From the NCBI GenBank assembly GCA_965249725.1, contig CBDFMQ010000002.1, positions 192,001 through 256,000 of the forward strand: a stretch of 64,000 nucleotides of DNA, in the 5' to 3' direction. The stretch is from Longimicrobiales bacterium. GTDB lineage: Bacteria; Gemmatimonadota; Gemmatimonadetes; Longimicrobiales; Gaopeijiaceae. The stretch's first letter is position 1; each line of letters opens with the position of its first letter. The position numbers and the translations under genes are program-made. Under the pieces are notes generated by a model that had not been told where the DNA came from, did not search any database, and worked only from the letters and a program-made list of their open reading frames with translations. This document shows positions 1-7,629 of the stretch, piece after piece.

Positions 1-88
1 GTACCTGGCACTGATGTTGGCGCTCACGGTCGTGATCGCGTTCGTGCCGGGGGTGGTGTTGTTCCTGCCGAGTTTGCTCGGGTATTGA
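1..88 (+). CDS. 3' end of a membrane transporter, probably TRAP large permease (partial)
   Basis: Frame from nt 2 reads YLALMLALTVIAFVPGVVLFLPSLLGY-stop; hydrophobic and resembles the DctM C-terminal P-x-x-x-L-x-L-P pattern. Confidence 0.5.
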   Translation, partial: YLALMLALTVVIAFVPGVVLFLPSLLGY

Positions 89-111
89 TGGCTCTCCGGA
101 CTCGGCTCCGT

Positions 112-137
112 TGAAACCCCAGGGCGGGTCCAGCGTA
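112..137 (+). promoter_or_regulatory. ECF sigma-type promoter (TGAAAC-N16-CGTA)
   Basis: TGAAAC at 112-117, exactly 16 nt, CGTA at 134-137; matches the SigW-type ECF consensus, ~40 nt upstream of the ATG at 180. Confidence 0.5.
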
Positions 138-179
138 AAAGCAACCACACGGTTGAGTACGGAGGAGCCTGGAGGCCGA

Positions 180-1028
180 ATGGCCGATCGACGACAGATT
201 GTGTTGCTCATCCCCGCGCTCGCGCTGGTGTTTTCGACCGCACCCGCCGTTCGAGCGCAGACCATTCAGGGGATCATCATCGACTATGTGTCGGGACGCC
301 CCATCGAAAGCGCGTCCGTAGAGTTGATGGATGGTGACGACGCCATTGTCGGCCAGGACGTCACAGATATCAACGGGTGGTTCTCAATGCCGGTGCCCGA
401 CGGCGAGTGGTACCAAGTCCGCAGCCACAGCTTGGGATACATGCCGACTCTGTCGACCGCCTTCCACCTCGCGCCGGGGCAGGCCTTGGGGGCGGAAATC
501 CGTATGGAAGTCGCCCCAGTAGAGCTGGAAGGGATCGAGGCCATAGTCGCACGCATCGAACAGGGGTTGGACGTGGTCGGCTTCTACGACCGTCGCGAGA
601 TGGGATTCGGAACGGTTCGGACTCCCGAGGACCTCTTGAAGCGTCCCCCCCTCGACCTGTCCGATTTGTTCAGGGGCATTAACGGGATCAGGATGGTTCA
701 GGCCACGTCAATGGCGGACATGGAGGTCTATTCCGCGCGACGGGTCTTCGGTGATATGTGCCGCCCCAGCATCAGCATCGACTTCATTATTGTTCAGCGG
801 GGGGAACGGATGTCGCGGTTGGACGTGACCTCGAGCGACCTCGAGCGGTCGGTCGGGGGCGGCCGCGAGGTCAGGCGTTCCTTCTGGCAGGACCTGGTGA
901 CTCCGCAGGAGATCGCCGCGATGGAGGTCTATCCGGGCCAGGGCGGATTGCCAGACTGGGTCTCGGGGGATGTCAGCCCTTGTGGGGCCGTGCTCATCTG
1001 GACGAAGGGGTACGTGGCGACGAAGTAG
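180..1028 (+). CDS. Secreted protein with carboxypeptidase-regulatory-like domain and TonB-plug-like C-terminus
   Basis: GGAGG RBS then ATG 180; signal peptide (AVRA-Q); IQGIIID...PIESASV...TDINGWF pattern; C-terminal EIAAMEVY...CGAVLIWTK. Confidence 0.7.
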   Translation: MADRRQIVLLIPALALVFSTAPAVRAQTIQGIIIDYVSGRPIESASVELMDGDDAIVGQDVTDINGWFSMPVPDGEWYQVRSHSLGYMPTLSTAFHLAPGQALGAEIRMEVAPVELEGIEAIVARIEQGLDVVGFYDRREMGFGTVRTPEDLLKRPPLDLSDLFRGINGIRMVQATSMADMEVYSARRVFGDMCRPSISIDFIIVQRGERMSRLDVTSSDLERSVGGGREVRRSFWQDLVTPQEIAAMEVYPGQGGLPDWVSGDVSPCGAVLIWTKGYVATK

Positions 1029-1068
1029 GCGGTGCTCTCTCGCTGCCTAGGTCCAGCCCCGGCCAGGA

Positions 1069-1102
1069 AGGAGGGCCGACGCCCCACGGACGCCGACCCT
1101 CC
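1069..1102. terminator. GC-rich hairpin between convergent genes
   Basis: Minus-strand GGAGGGTCGGCGTC/GGGCGTCGGCCCTCC stem with G-U pairs, located between stops at 1028 and 1149. Confidence 0.5.
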
Positions 1103-1148
1103 GTCACCAGTTTCGGTTTGCCGCACCAGCCCCGCTTTGCGGCACCGC

Positions 1149-1595
1149 TCAGTCGGCGGTGGCCAGCGTCGCGGCGGTGTCATGCTGAGCCAACCAGGCA
1201 TACGTCAGCCCCAGGATCCCACCATACATAAGGTGCCCCATCAGGCTTGGCAGCATGGCTGTCGCGGCGGCGGCGTTCCAGTTCACGCCTAGTCCCATGC
1301 CCATCATGAGCGGCATGAGCGTCAAGGGGCCCAGTACCCACCAGACCGCCCCATAGCCGAGACCGGTCGTCAGTCCGCTTCCCAGGCTGCTAGCCAACCC
1401 GCCCAGGACGACGGCGAAGCCGACGCCGATGATCACGCTGTTGACCATGTGTACCGCAAACCCCACGAACGCCGAGGGCTGTCCCACCATCTGTCCGATC
1501 ATGGGAAGCATTCCCATCATCCCCATCATTCCCCCGAAGATCAAACCTCCGGCGACGCCTCCGAAGGCGCCCCACTTCAGTCCTCTCGTGTTCAT
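1149..1595 (-). CDS. Small Met/Gly-rich integral membrane protein (4 TM)
   Basis: AAGGAG RBS; four hydrophobic segments with His in AVHMVNS and SLMGHLMYG. Confidence 0.75.
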   Translation of the reverse strand: MNTRGLKWGAFGGVAGGLIFGGMMGMMGMLPMIGQMVGQPSAFVGFAVHMVNSVIIGVGFAVVLGGLASSLGSGLTTGLGYGAVWWVLGPLTLMPLMMGMGLGVNWNAAAATAMLPSLMGHLMYGGILGLTYAWLAQHDTAATLATAD

Positions 1596-1741
1596 CTACA
1601 TGTCTCCTTTTTAGGTCGTTTCGACCCAACGGTCGTGCTTGTTGTGGGGATCAAATCAGTAGGAACGGCCAGGTGTTCCAACGGAACCGGGTTGTCCGGC
1701 ACGGATTTTGTACCTGGTGAGGTCTTAACGCCAAGGGGTGG

Positions 1742-1783
1742 TGGGGCGTCGGACGCACACAATGGGGCGTCTGATGTACACAA
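1742..1783 (+). repeat. Imperfect 21-bp direct repeat x2
   Basis: TGGGGCGTCGGACGCACACAA / TGGGGCGTCTGATGTACACAA (3 mismatches) in a divergent intergenic region. Confidence 0.6.
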
Positions 1784-1808
1784 TGGACGATGAGTGGAGG
1801 GTAGGACG

Positions 1809-2255
1809 ATGAGAAACAGCCCTAGGTGGATCGCCTTTGCAGCGTTTGCACTCGTGGGAGCGTCCGGGAGCCCAATCTCCTTATGGGCGCAGGAGGTCGA
1901 GGAGGCGGGCCCCGAGGTCGAAGCGACCGAGGCCGCCGAGAAACAGGAAATCCGGATTCAGATCGACAATCAAAACATGCTCGAGTTGCATGTCTATGTC
2001 GTGACCGGCCCGATCGGATCGCCCTTGACCTCGCGGATCTCGCTGGGGACGGTCTACGCCCAGGGGAGCAAGACGTTCAAGCTTTCGGATTCGCTCGTCG
2101 CACACGATGGTCGTGAGTTTCGCATCTTGGTTCGGCCGATGGGGACCCACCGGTTCCTCGCGTCGGAGCACATCGTCATCGGCAAGAGTGGGACGGTGAA
2201 GTGGACGCTGATCCGCCCGCTCAGCAGTGGCGGGTACATCTCCGTCACGGAGTAG
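1809..2255 (+). CDS. Hypothetical secreted protein
   Basis: RBS and ATG 1809; signal peptide ending LWA-Q; beta-rich mature region. Confidence 0.6.
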   Translation: MRNSPRWIAFAAFALVGASGSPISLWAQEVEEAGPEVEATEAAEKQEIRIQIDNQNMLELHVYVVTGPIGSPLTSRISLGTVYAQGSKTFKLSDSLVAHDGREFRILVRPMGTHRFLASEHIVIGKSGTVKWTLIRPLSSGGYISVTE

Positions 2256-2266
2256 TGAGTACGACA

Positions 2267-2321
2267 GGGCTCGGACCCTGCCCGTCCATGGGTAGGGTCC
2301 CGGCCCGCTCGTCGTTCTTTT
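2267..2321 (+). terminator. Probable intrinsic terminator
   Basis: GGACCCTGCCC (2273-2283)/GGGTAGGGTCC (2290-2300) stem, extendable, followed by TTCTTTT. Confidence 0.55.
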
Positions 2322-2372
2322 GCTAGCGGACGAGGCCGCGCGGGCTCGAGTACGGCTTGTGGGCCGAAGCTC

Positions 2373-3737
2373 ATGAGCGGCATCTTGGACTCCATGCTCC
2401 GCAATGCACTCCAACTGATCTCGCTTCTGTATCGGCTCCACCCTGTGGGGCCGGTGGCCTACATGGTCGCAACCGCACCGGTACTGCTTTCGGCATCGCT
2501 CACGGCACAGCAACTCCGCTACGACCGGGAGTATCCCGAGATCGGCTACTACACGCACCAGCCGACTGACCCGGTCGCCGAGCTGCAGCGGTCGGTTGCC
2601 CGGGGCGAAGCGGTTTTGACGTTCGACCCGCGAGGCGGATACCTGGCGTCGCTTCTGGAATCCCTCGACGTTCCTGTCGAGTCCCAGATGCTCGTCTTTT
2701 CACGGACGAGCTTTCAGGAGCGTTTCATCTCGCCGGAGACCCCGCGCGCGCTCTACTTCTCGGACGAGGTCTACGTGGCATGGCCGCAGGGCAGCGACTT
2801 CGTGGAGATCGCGGCCATGGACCCTGCACTGGGTCCGGTCTTCTACACGTTGAGCCAAGCGCCGACGGCCACCCCCGAATTCCGGCGGGAATACGGTCTT
2901 TGCCTGCAATGCCACGACACCTACGGACTCTCCGGCGGTGGAGTGCCGCGCTTCCTCATCGGCTCCGGCGCTACGAACGAACTCGGCGAGCCCGACTCGC
3001 ACAACGCTTGGCAGCTGACCACGGATCAGACCCCATTGGACCGGCGTTGGGGCGGGTGGTACGTGACCGGTACCCATGGCCAGCAGGTTCACATGGGGAA
3101 CGTGGTGACGGAGGTACGAACGGGAGATCCGGCGTCGCGGCCGGCGGCTCCCGAGACTCATGGCAACCTCACGGATCTTGGCGGCCTCCTGGATACCTCG
3201 CCTTACCTCACCGGGCTCAGCGACATCGTCGCGCTCATGGTCGTCGAGCATCAGATCCACGTGCAGAACGTCATGACCCGTGCCGGCTGGGAGGCGCGCA
3301 AGTCGGGCGGGCCGGAGGGGTCGGGTCAGGCACCGAGCAACATCGATGAGCTGGGGGAGCCGCTCGTCCGGGCCATCCTGCTCGTAGATGAGGCGGCTCT
3401 TGAAGCTCCGATCGAAGGCACATCTGGCTTTCGTGCTCGCTTCGAGGGCTTGGGCCCGGCCGACGATGAGGGCCGCTCACTCCGCGAATTGGACCTGAGA
3501 CGACGCTTGTTCCGATACCCGCTCAGCTACCTGGTCTATTCCGACGCATTCGGCGCCTTGCCGGTCCACTTGAAGGAGCAGGTGTTCCTGCGGATCTGGG
3601 AGGTAGCGTCCGGGCAGGACAAGACCGAGGACTTCGACCACGTCACTGCGGCGGACGGAGTGGCCGTCCTCGAGATCCTCGAGGCGACGCACCCGGAGTT
3701 CGCCCAATGGATGTCGGATACGGCCAGCCGCCCGTAG
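2373..3737 (+). CDS. Secreted protein with a single CxxCH heme-c motif
   Basis: 454-aa ORF, CLQCH motif, probable signal peptide (LTA-Q); start uncertain. Confidence 0.65.
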   Translation: MSGILDSMLRNALQLISLLYRLHPVGPVAYMVATAPVLLSASLTAQQLRYDREYPEIGYYTHQPTDPVAELQRSVARGEAVLTFDPRGGYLASLLESLDVPVESQMLVFSRTSFQERFISPETPRALYFSDEVYVAWPQGSDFVEIAAMDPALGPVFYTLSQAPTATPEFRREYGLCLQCHDTYGLSGGGVPRFLIGSGATNELGEPDSHNAWQLTTDQTPLDRRWGGWYVTGTHGQQVHMGNVVTEVRTGDPASRPAAPETHGNLTDLGGLLDTSPYLTGLSDIVALMVVEHQIHVQNVMTRAGWEARKSGGPEGSGQAPSNIDELGEPLVRAILLVDEAALEAPIEGTSGFRARFEGLGPADDEGRSLRELDLRRRLFRYPLSYLVYSDAFGALPVHLKEQVFLRIWEVASGQDKTEDFDHVTAADGVAVLEILEATHPEFAQWMSDTASRP

Positions 3738-3951
3738 GGAGCCAGTCCGTTCGATCGAGGGCATGAGAGCCTCCTCTCTACCGAAACCTATTCGCGGTAT
3801 GATGGGACGTCTGTCGGGAGAATCCCTCGCGGCGACTGCTGGCGGGAAGGTGCAGCGGGTCGCACACTTCTCGGGTCCGTGACGTTTCGACGGCACCAGA
3901 GAACATCAAAGGGGATAGGCGTCCCATGATCCATCACCCGCGGAGGACCTC

Positions 3952-4755
3952 ATGAAGTCACGTGCCACGGCCGCGGCCGTCGCCCTCTTACTCGTCTCCG
4001 GTGCCGTCTCGGCGCAGCAGGGACCCGACACGGTCTTCCTGGATGAGCTCACCTGGACCGAGGTCCGTGCGCGTATCGAAGCCGGGACGACGACGGTCAT
4101 CGTGCCCACGGCCGGGACCGAGCAAAACGGCCCCCACATGGTGCTGGGCAAACACAAGTTCATCGTCAACCACGCCTCGAACCTGATCGCACGGGAGCTC
4201 GGCAACGCGCTGGTGGCACCCGTGGTCACCTACGTGCCGGAGGGGTCGGTGGAGCGGATCGCCCAGCACCCGCGGTACAATGGGACGATCACTCTCCCCA
4301 ACGAGCACTACATGAAGCTCCTCGAATACGCGGCTCGGAGTCTGGCCATGGGCGGATTCACGGACATCGTGTTTATCGGTGACAGTGGCGGAAATCAGGG
4401 TGGCATGCGTGACGTGGCGGCCATGCTGAACGAGGAGTGGGCCGGAGAAACGGCGCGGGTGCACTTCGTGGGCGACTACTACTCGAACAATGGCATCAAC
4501 GATTGGCTCATGGCGGAGTACGGTCATACCGAGGAGACGATCGGGGGGCATGCCGGCATCCGTGACACGTCGCAACTTCTTTATGTGGCGCCTCAGCACA
4601 TCCGCACCGATAAGCTTGCGCCCCTCGGCGGTGGTGAGGGGATGGGGGTCACAGGCGATCCCACCCTGGCGTCGGCCGAAAAGGGCCGGCAGGGGATCCA
4701 GATGAAGGTTGACGCCGCCTTGCGGCAGACTCGTGACTTGGTAGGCCCCAGATGA
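3952..4755 (+). CDS. Creatininase/mycofactocin-peptidase family protein, secreted
   Basis: LDELTWTEV, PTAGTEQNGPH, GDSGGN and GGHAGIRDTS motifs; signal peptide. Confidence 0.85.
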   Translation: MKSRATAAAVALLLVSGAVSAQQGPDTVFLDELTWTEVRARIEAGTTTVIVPTAGTEQNGPHMVLGKHKFIVNHASNLIARELGNALVAPVVTYVPEGSVERIAQHPRYNGTITLPNEHYMKLLEYAARSLAMGGFTDIVFIGDSGGNQGGMRDVAAMLNEEWAGETARVHFVGDYYSNNGINDWLMAEYGHTEETIGGHAGIRDTSQLLYVAPQHIRTDKLAPLGGGEGMGVTGDPTLASAEKGRQGIQMKVDAALRQTRDLVGPR

Positions 4756-6101
4756 TGACTAGAACAGTACTTTCGGCGCTCCTCTTGGTGGTCTCCGTGT
4801 TCTGCGGCGCGCCACTCGCCGCCCAGCAGTCTTCCGAGGAGCGGGGCAGCGACAACCTCACGGTGGTGTCCCATCTGCCTCTCGGTGGGGCCGAGAGCAT
4901 GGCCGATATCGAAATCGAGCAGGACATGTCTCGGCCGTTCGTTTATGTGGCCCGCCAGATGCGGCGGGAGGACCGGCGATCACCGGGCGCTCCAGGCGAT
5001 CGTGGATTGGACATCCTCGACGTCTCCGATCCGGCGAACCCTGATGTGATCCACCGGTGGCGCATCGAGGATTCGGACCTGCACGTGGGTGCGGGCGGCA
5101 AGGACATCAAGACGTTCGAGTGGGACGGCCGTCACTATATCGTCCTGTCCTTCCAGTTCGGCCAGGGCGGGCCCAACGCCGACCTCGGCGCCATCGTCTT
5201 CGACGTCACGGGTCTACCGGATGTGTCGACGTTCCGTGAGGTCGCCCGGATCCAGGGCCCGGGGGAGTTGGCGGGCTTCCACAACGCTTATGTCTACCGG
5301 CACAGCAACGGCAGAGCGCTGCTCTTTTCGACCGTCGCGGGCCCGTTCGCCAATGTGTACGATCTGGGCTACCTGGTGGAGGGCAGGGAAGATGCTTTGG
5401 TTGCTCAAGTGCCGATCCCTCAGTCGGAGCAGGTTCCGGGTGCGCGGGGTTATCACGACTTCTACGTCGGATATCATCCGGACAGCGAACAGGATCGCTT
5501 CTACGGTGGCGGGACCGGCGGGTACTACGTGTACAACATCACCGACCTGGAGGACCCCGAGCTGCTCGTCACGCTGACCGGTGTTCGGGGGGTCGACCGG
5601 GGGCACACGTTCACTCCGTCTCCGGACGGCAGGTACGTCGTGGCCGAGGTCGAGTACCAGTACGCCCCACTCCGGGTTTTCGACCTCAAGCCGGGGCTCG
5701 ACGGCGAGGTGTCGAACATCAATCAGCCCATCGCCGCCTGGTTCGCTAATCCCCAGAACCTGGTCCACAACCACGAGGTCCGCTGGCCTCTAGTGTTCGT
5801 TTCGGCGTACCGGGACGGTCTACAGGTCTTCAGCATGCAGGACCCGAAGAAGCCGCGGACCGTGGCGCACTACGACACCTATCTCGAACCCGAGGGTGCC
5901 GGCGTGACGACGGGTGGGTGGGGCGTCGACGTCCGTAACGCCGACGGCCTGATCGTGTTGTCGGACAAGGAGACCGGCTTCTGGGCCTTCCGCCTCGAGG
6001 GATTCAGCGGGTGGAACGGTCTGGACTACGGAATGCCCAACGTGTCCAGCGTACAGGACTGGGAGAACGGACCGGCAGTGCAGGCTCGCTCGAGGCGGTG
6101 A
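4752..6101 (+). CDS. Secreted LVIVD-like repeat beta-propeller protein (paralog 1)
   Basis: Repeats GLDILDVSDP, YYVYNITDLEDP, GLQVFSMQDP; signal peptide; overlaps upstream stop. Confidence 0.8.
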   Translation: MMTRTVLSALLLVVSVFCGAPLAAQQSSEERGSDNLTVVSHLPLGGAESMADIEIEQDMSRPFVYVARQMRREDRRSPGAPGDRGLDILDVSDPANPDVIHRWRIEDSDLHVGAGGKDIKTFEWDGRHYIVLSFQFGQGGPNADLGAIVFDVTGLPDVSTFREVARIQGPGELAGFHNAYVYRHSNGRALLFSTVAGPFANVYDLGYLVEGREDALVAQVPIPQSEQVPGARGYHDFYVGYHPDSEQDRFYGGGTGGYYVYNITDLEDPELLVTLTGVRGVDRGHTFTPSPDGRYVVAEVEYQYAPLRVFDLKPGLDGEVSNINQPIAAWFANPQNLVHNHEVRWPLVFVSAYRDGLQVFSMQDPKKPRTVAHYDTYLEPEGAGVTTGGWGVDVRNADGLIVLSDKETGFWAFRLEGFSGWNGLDYGMPNVSSVQDWENGPAVQARSRR

Positions 6102-6114
6102 GGCGCCAAACGAG

Positions 6115-6144
6115 TTGACAGGCTCTCGATCTCTCGACTAGAGT
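6115..6144 (+). promoter_or_regulatory. Sigma70-like promoter of the ncRNA-RT operon
   Basis: Perfect -35 TTGACA (6115-6120), 18-nt spacer, -10 TAGAGT (6139-6144); predicted start near 6151, just before the structured leader. Confidence 0.65.
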
Positions 6145-6161
6145 GAGCGTCGCCAGCCTGT

Positions 6162-6367
6162 GCTCTTCCAGAGTTGTGCTGACGGCACCTCGTACTCCTA
6201 CGAGTTGTCGACCGTTGTGGGCCTGCCGCCGTCATTTGAAGCTGTCCGACAACAGTGGCGGTAGGTGAGACAATAGGAATTGAGAACTTTCAGTTACCCG
6301 TCTGTTCCCTTTCGATTAATAGTTCGGCGCTCGCCGTGCTATGCCGTCGGTGCAACTCTGGGAGAGC
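6162..6367 (+). ncRNA. Candidate RT-associated structured ncRNA
   Basis: 26-bp stem 6162-6187/6342-6367 (22 WC + 4 G-U, no mismatches); hairpins 6189-6204, 6221-6266, 6276-6298 and 6325-6336; 7-bp complement 6204-6210/6247-6253 (possible pseudoknot); ends 20 nt before the RT ATG. Confidence 0.75.
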
Positions 6368-6387
6368 GAGCTCTTGCCTAGCGTACG

Positions 6388-7629
6388 ATGATGCCGGGCA
6401 CCTTTGAGGCCATTGTCGATCCTGCGAACCTCAGAGCGGCCTATCTGGAAACTGTTCAGCGATTTGAAGAGCAGCGGAAAGGTCGTCGTTACGCGGGTAT
6501 TGACGGAATAAGCCTGAGGGACCTTGCGTTCGTATCGGCGTCATACCTCGAGACTATCCAGCAGGAGATGATCACCTCCTCTCCGCTTGATCCGACCTTG
6601 GAAATGAGCATTCCGAAAGCCGAGGGCGGCACGCGCCTCATTTACAGCTACACCGTCAAGGATCGCATCAAGGCGCGAGCGATCTCTCGTGTCCTCGAGC
6701 CCGTCTTCGAAGGGGCCTTCAGCCCTTTCTTCTTCTCTCACCGCACCACGCACCCACACTACAAGGCGGTCCGAAGCGTCGCCAAGCGATATCGAAGACA
6801 CTACGGGCAGGATACCGTGCTGTTGATAGATGTCGCGGACTATACGGGCAACATCAGGAAGGACCGCTTGTGCGAGCAGTTGCAGGGATTGGGCTTGGAC
6901 TCCAATACCATCGCTTTACTGGAGCTCTTCCTGAACAACAGCGTCATGACCTCCGAGGGCCTCGTCTATCCCGAGAAAGGCCTCGTTACCGGCGTTGGTC
7001 TGATGGGGCTCTTTGCGAATCTGTACCTGAATGATCTCGATCACACGGTGGGCCGACGGGTATCGCTTTATCGACGGGTCGGGGACGACTTGATTCTGAT
7101 GGATCGAGACAGCGAGAAGCTGGCCAACATCCATCGGGACATCACAGATCAGCTAGAGGAGAGAGGCCTCGAGCCGAGCGTGGAGAAGCTGTCGTTGATC
7201 AGGAGTAACGAACGGTTTCGATATCTGGGCTACTCGTTTCACGAGCGACGGATCTCAATTCGCCCGTCGTCGGTACGACGAATCGTTCAGCGTTGGAAGC
7301 GAATCCTGAGGTACTATCCCGGTTCGAAAAACGGAAAGCTGAGACGGCTCTCGAAGATCTTGTATGAGAATGAAGACTCGATCCATCGGGACTTTCTCAG
7401 GGTTATTGCCGACTATCGGTGTTGTACCGACGCAGGGCAGATCCAGGAGTTATCCGGAGTCTTCTATAGGGTGCTGACGCGGTATTTCTATGGCAGCTAT
7501 TCCCACCGGAAACAAAGAAAGGTGAGGCTACTGACGGGTCCGCTTGATGTCCCCTCACTATCCCGGTACTACTTTGATTTCCACCATGGAAGACGCTCAC
7601 TCTCAAGCCTGGCTGTTTCAGCGCGCTAA
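6388..7629 (+). CDS. Reverse-transcriptase-fold polymerase (group-II-like/unclassified) with non-canonical motifs
   Basis: RT0 AGIDG, RT1 IPKAEGGTRLI, RT2 KDR, RT3 IDVADYTGNI, RT4 GLVTG...FANLYLNDLD, RT5 YRRVGDD, RT7 FRYLGYSF; no recognisable endonuclease domain. Confidence 0.9.
   Translation: MMPGTFEAIVDPANLRAAYLETVQRFEEQRKGRRYAGIDGISLRDLAFVSASYLETIQQEMITSSPLDPTLEMSIPKAEGGTRLIYSYTVKDRIKARAISRVLEPVFEGAFSPFFFSHRTTHPHYKAVRSVAKRYRRHYGQDTVLLIDVADYTGNIRKDRLCEQLQGLGLDSNTIALLELFLNNSVMTSEGLVYPEKGLVTGVGLMGLFANLYLNDLDHTVGRRVSLYRRVGDDLILMDRDSEKLANIHRDITDQLEERGLEPSVEKLSLIRSNERFRYLGYSFHERRISIRPSSVRRIVQRWKRILRYYPGSKNGKLRRLSKILYENEDSIHRDFLRVIADYRCCTDAGQIQELSGVFYRVLTRYFYGSYSHRKQRKVRLLTGPLDVPSLSRYYFDFHHGRRSLSSLAVSAR

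Noticed and set aside
1593..1601. ATG-TAG mini-ORF before the membrane protein start
   Set aside because: RBS spacing fits the second ATG; the first is only 2 nt from the RBS and is probably incidental.
6026..6235. 69-aa minus-strand ORF across the leader
   Set aside because: It overlaps the LVIVD-like gene and the promoter and has no protein-like features.
6246..6258. Short match CCGACAACAG(T/C)GG between the leader loop and the 3' end of the lipoprotein gene (about 10803-10815, minus strand)
   Set aside because: 12 of 13 nt only, which can arise by chance. Noted in case homologous loci preserve it.
6388..7629. Canonical retron RT (because of the VTG tripeptide and the a1/a2-like stem)
   Set aside because: The VTG lies in motif B before the DD, not in region Y. 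NAxxH is absent, and RT0/RT7 look group-II-like.
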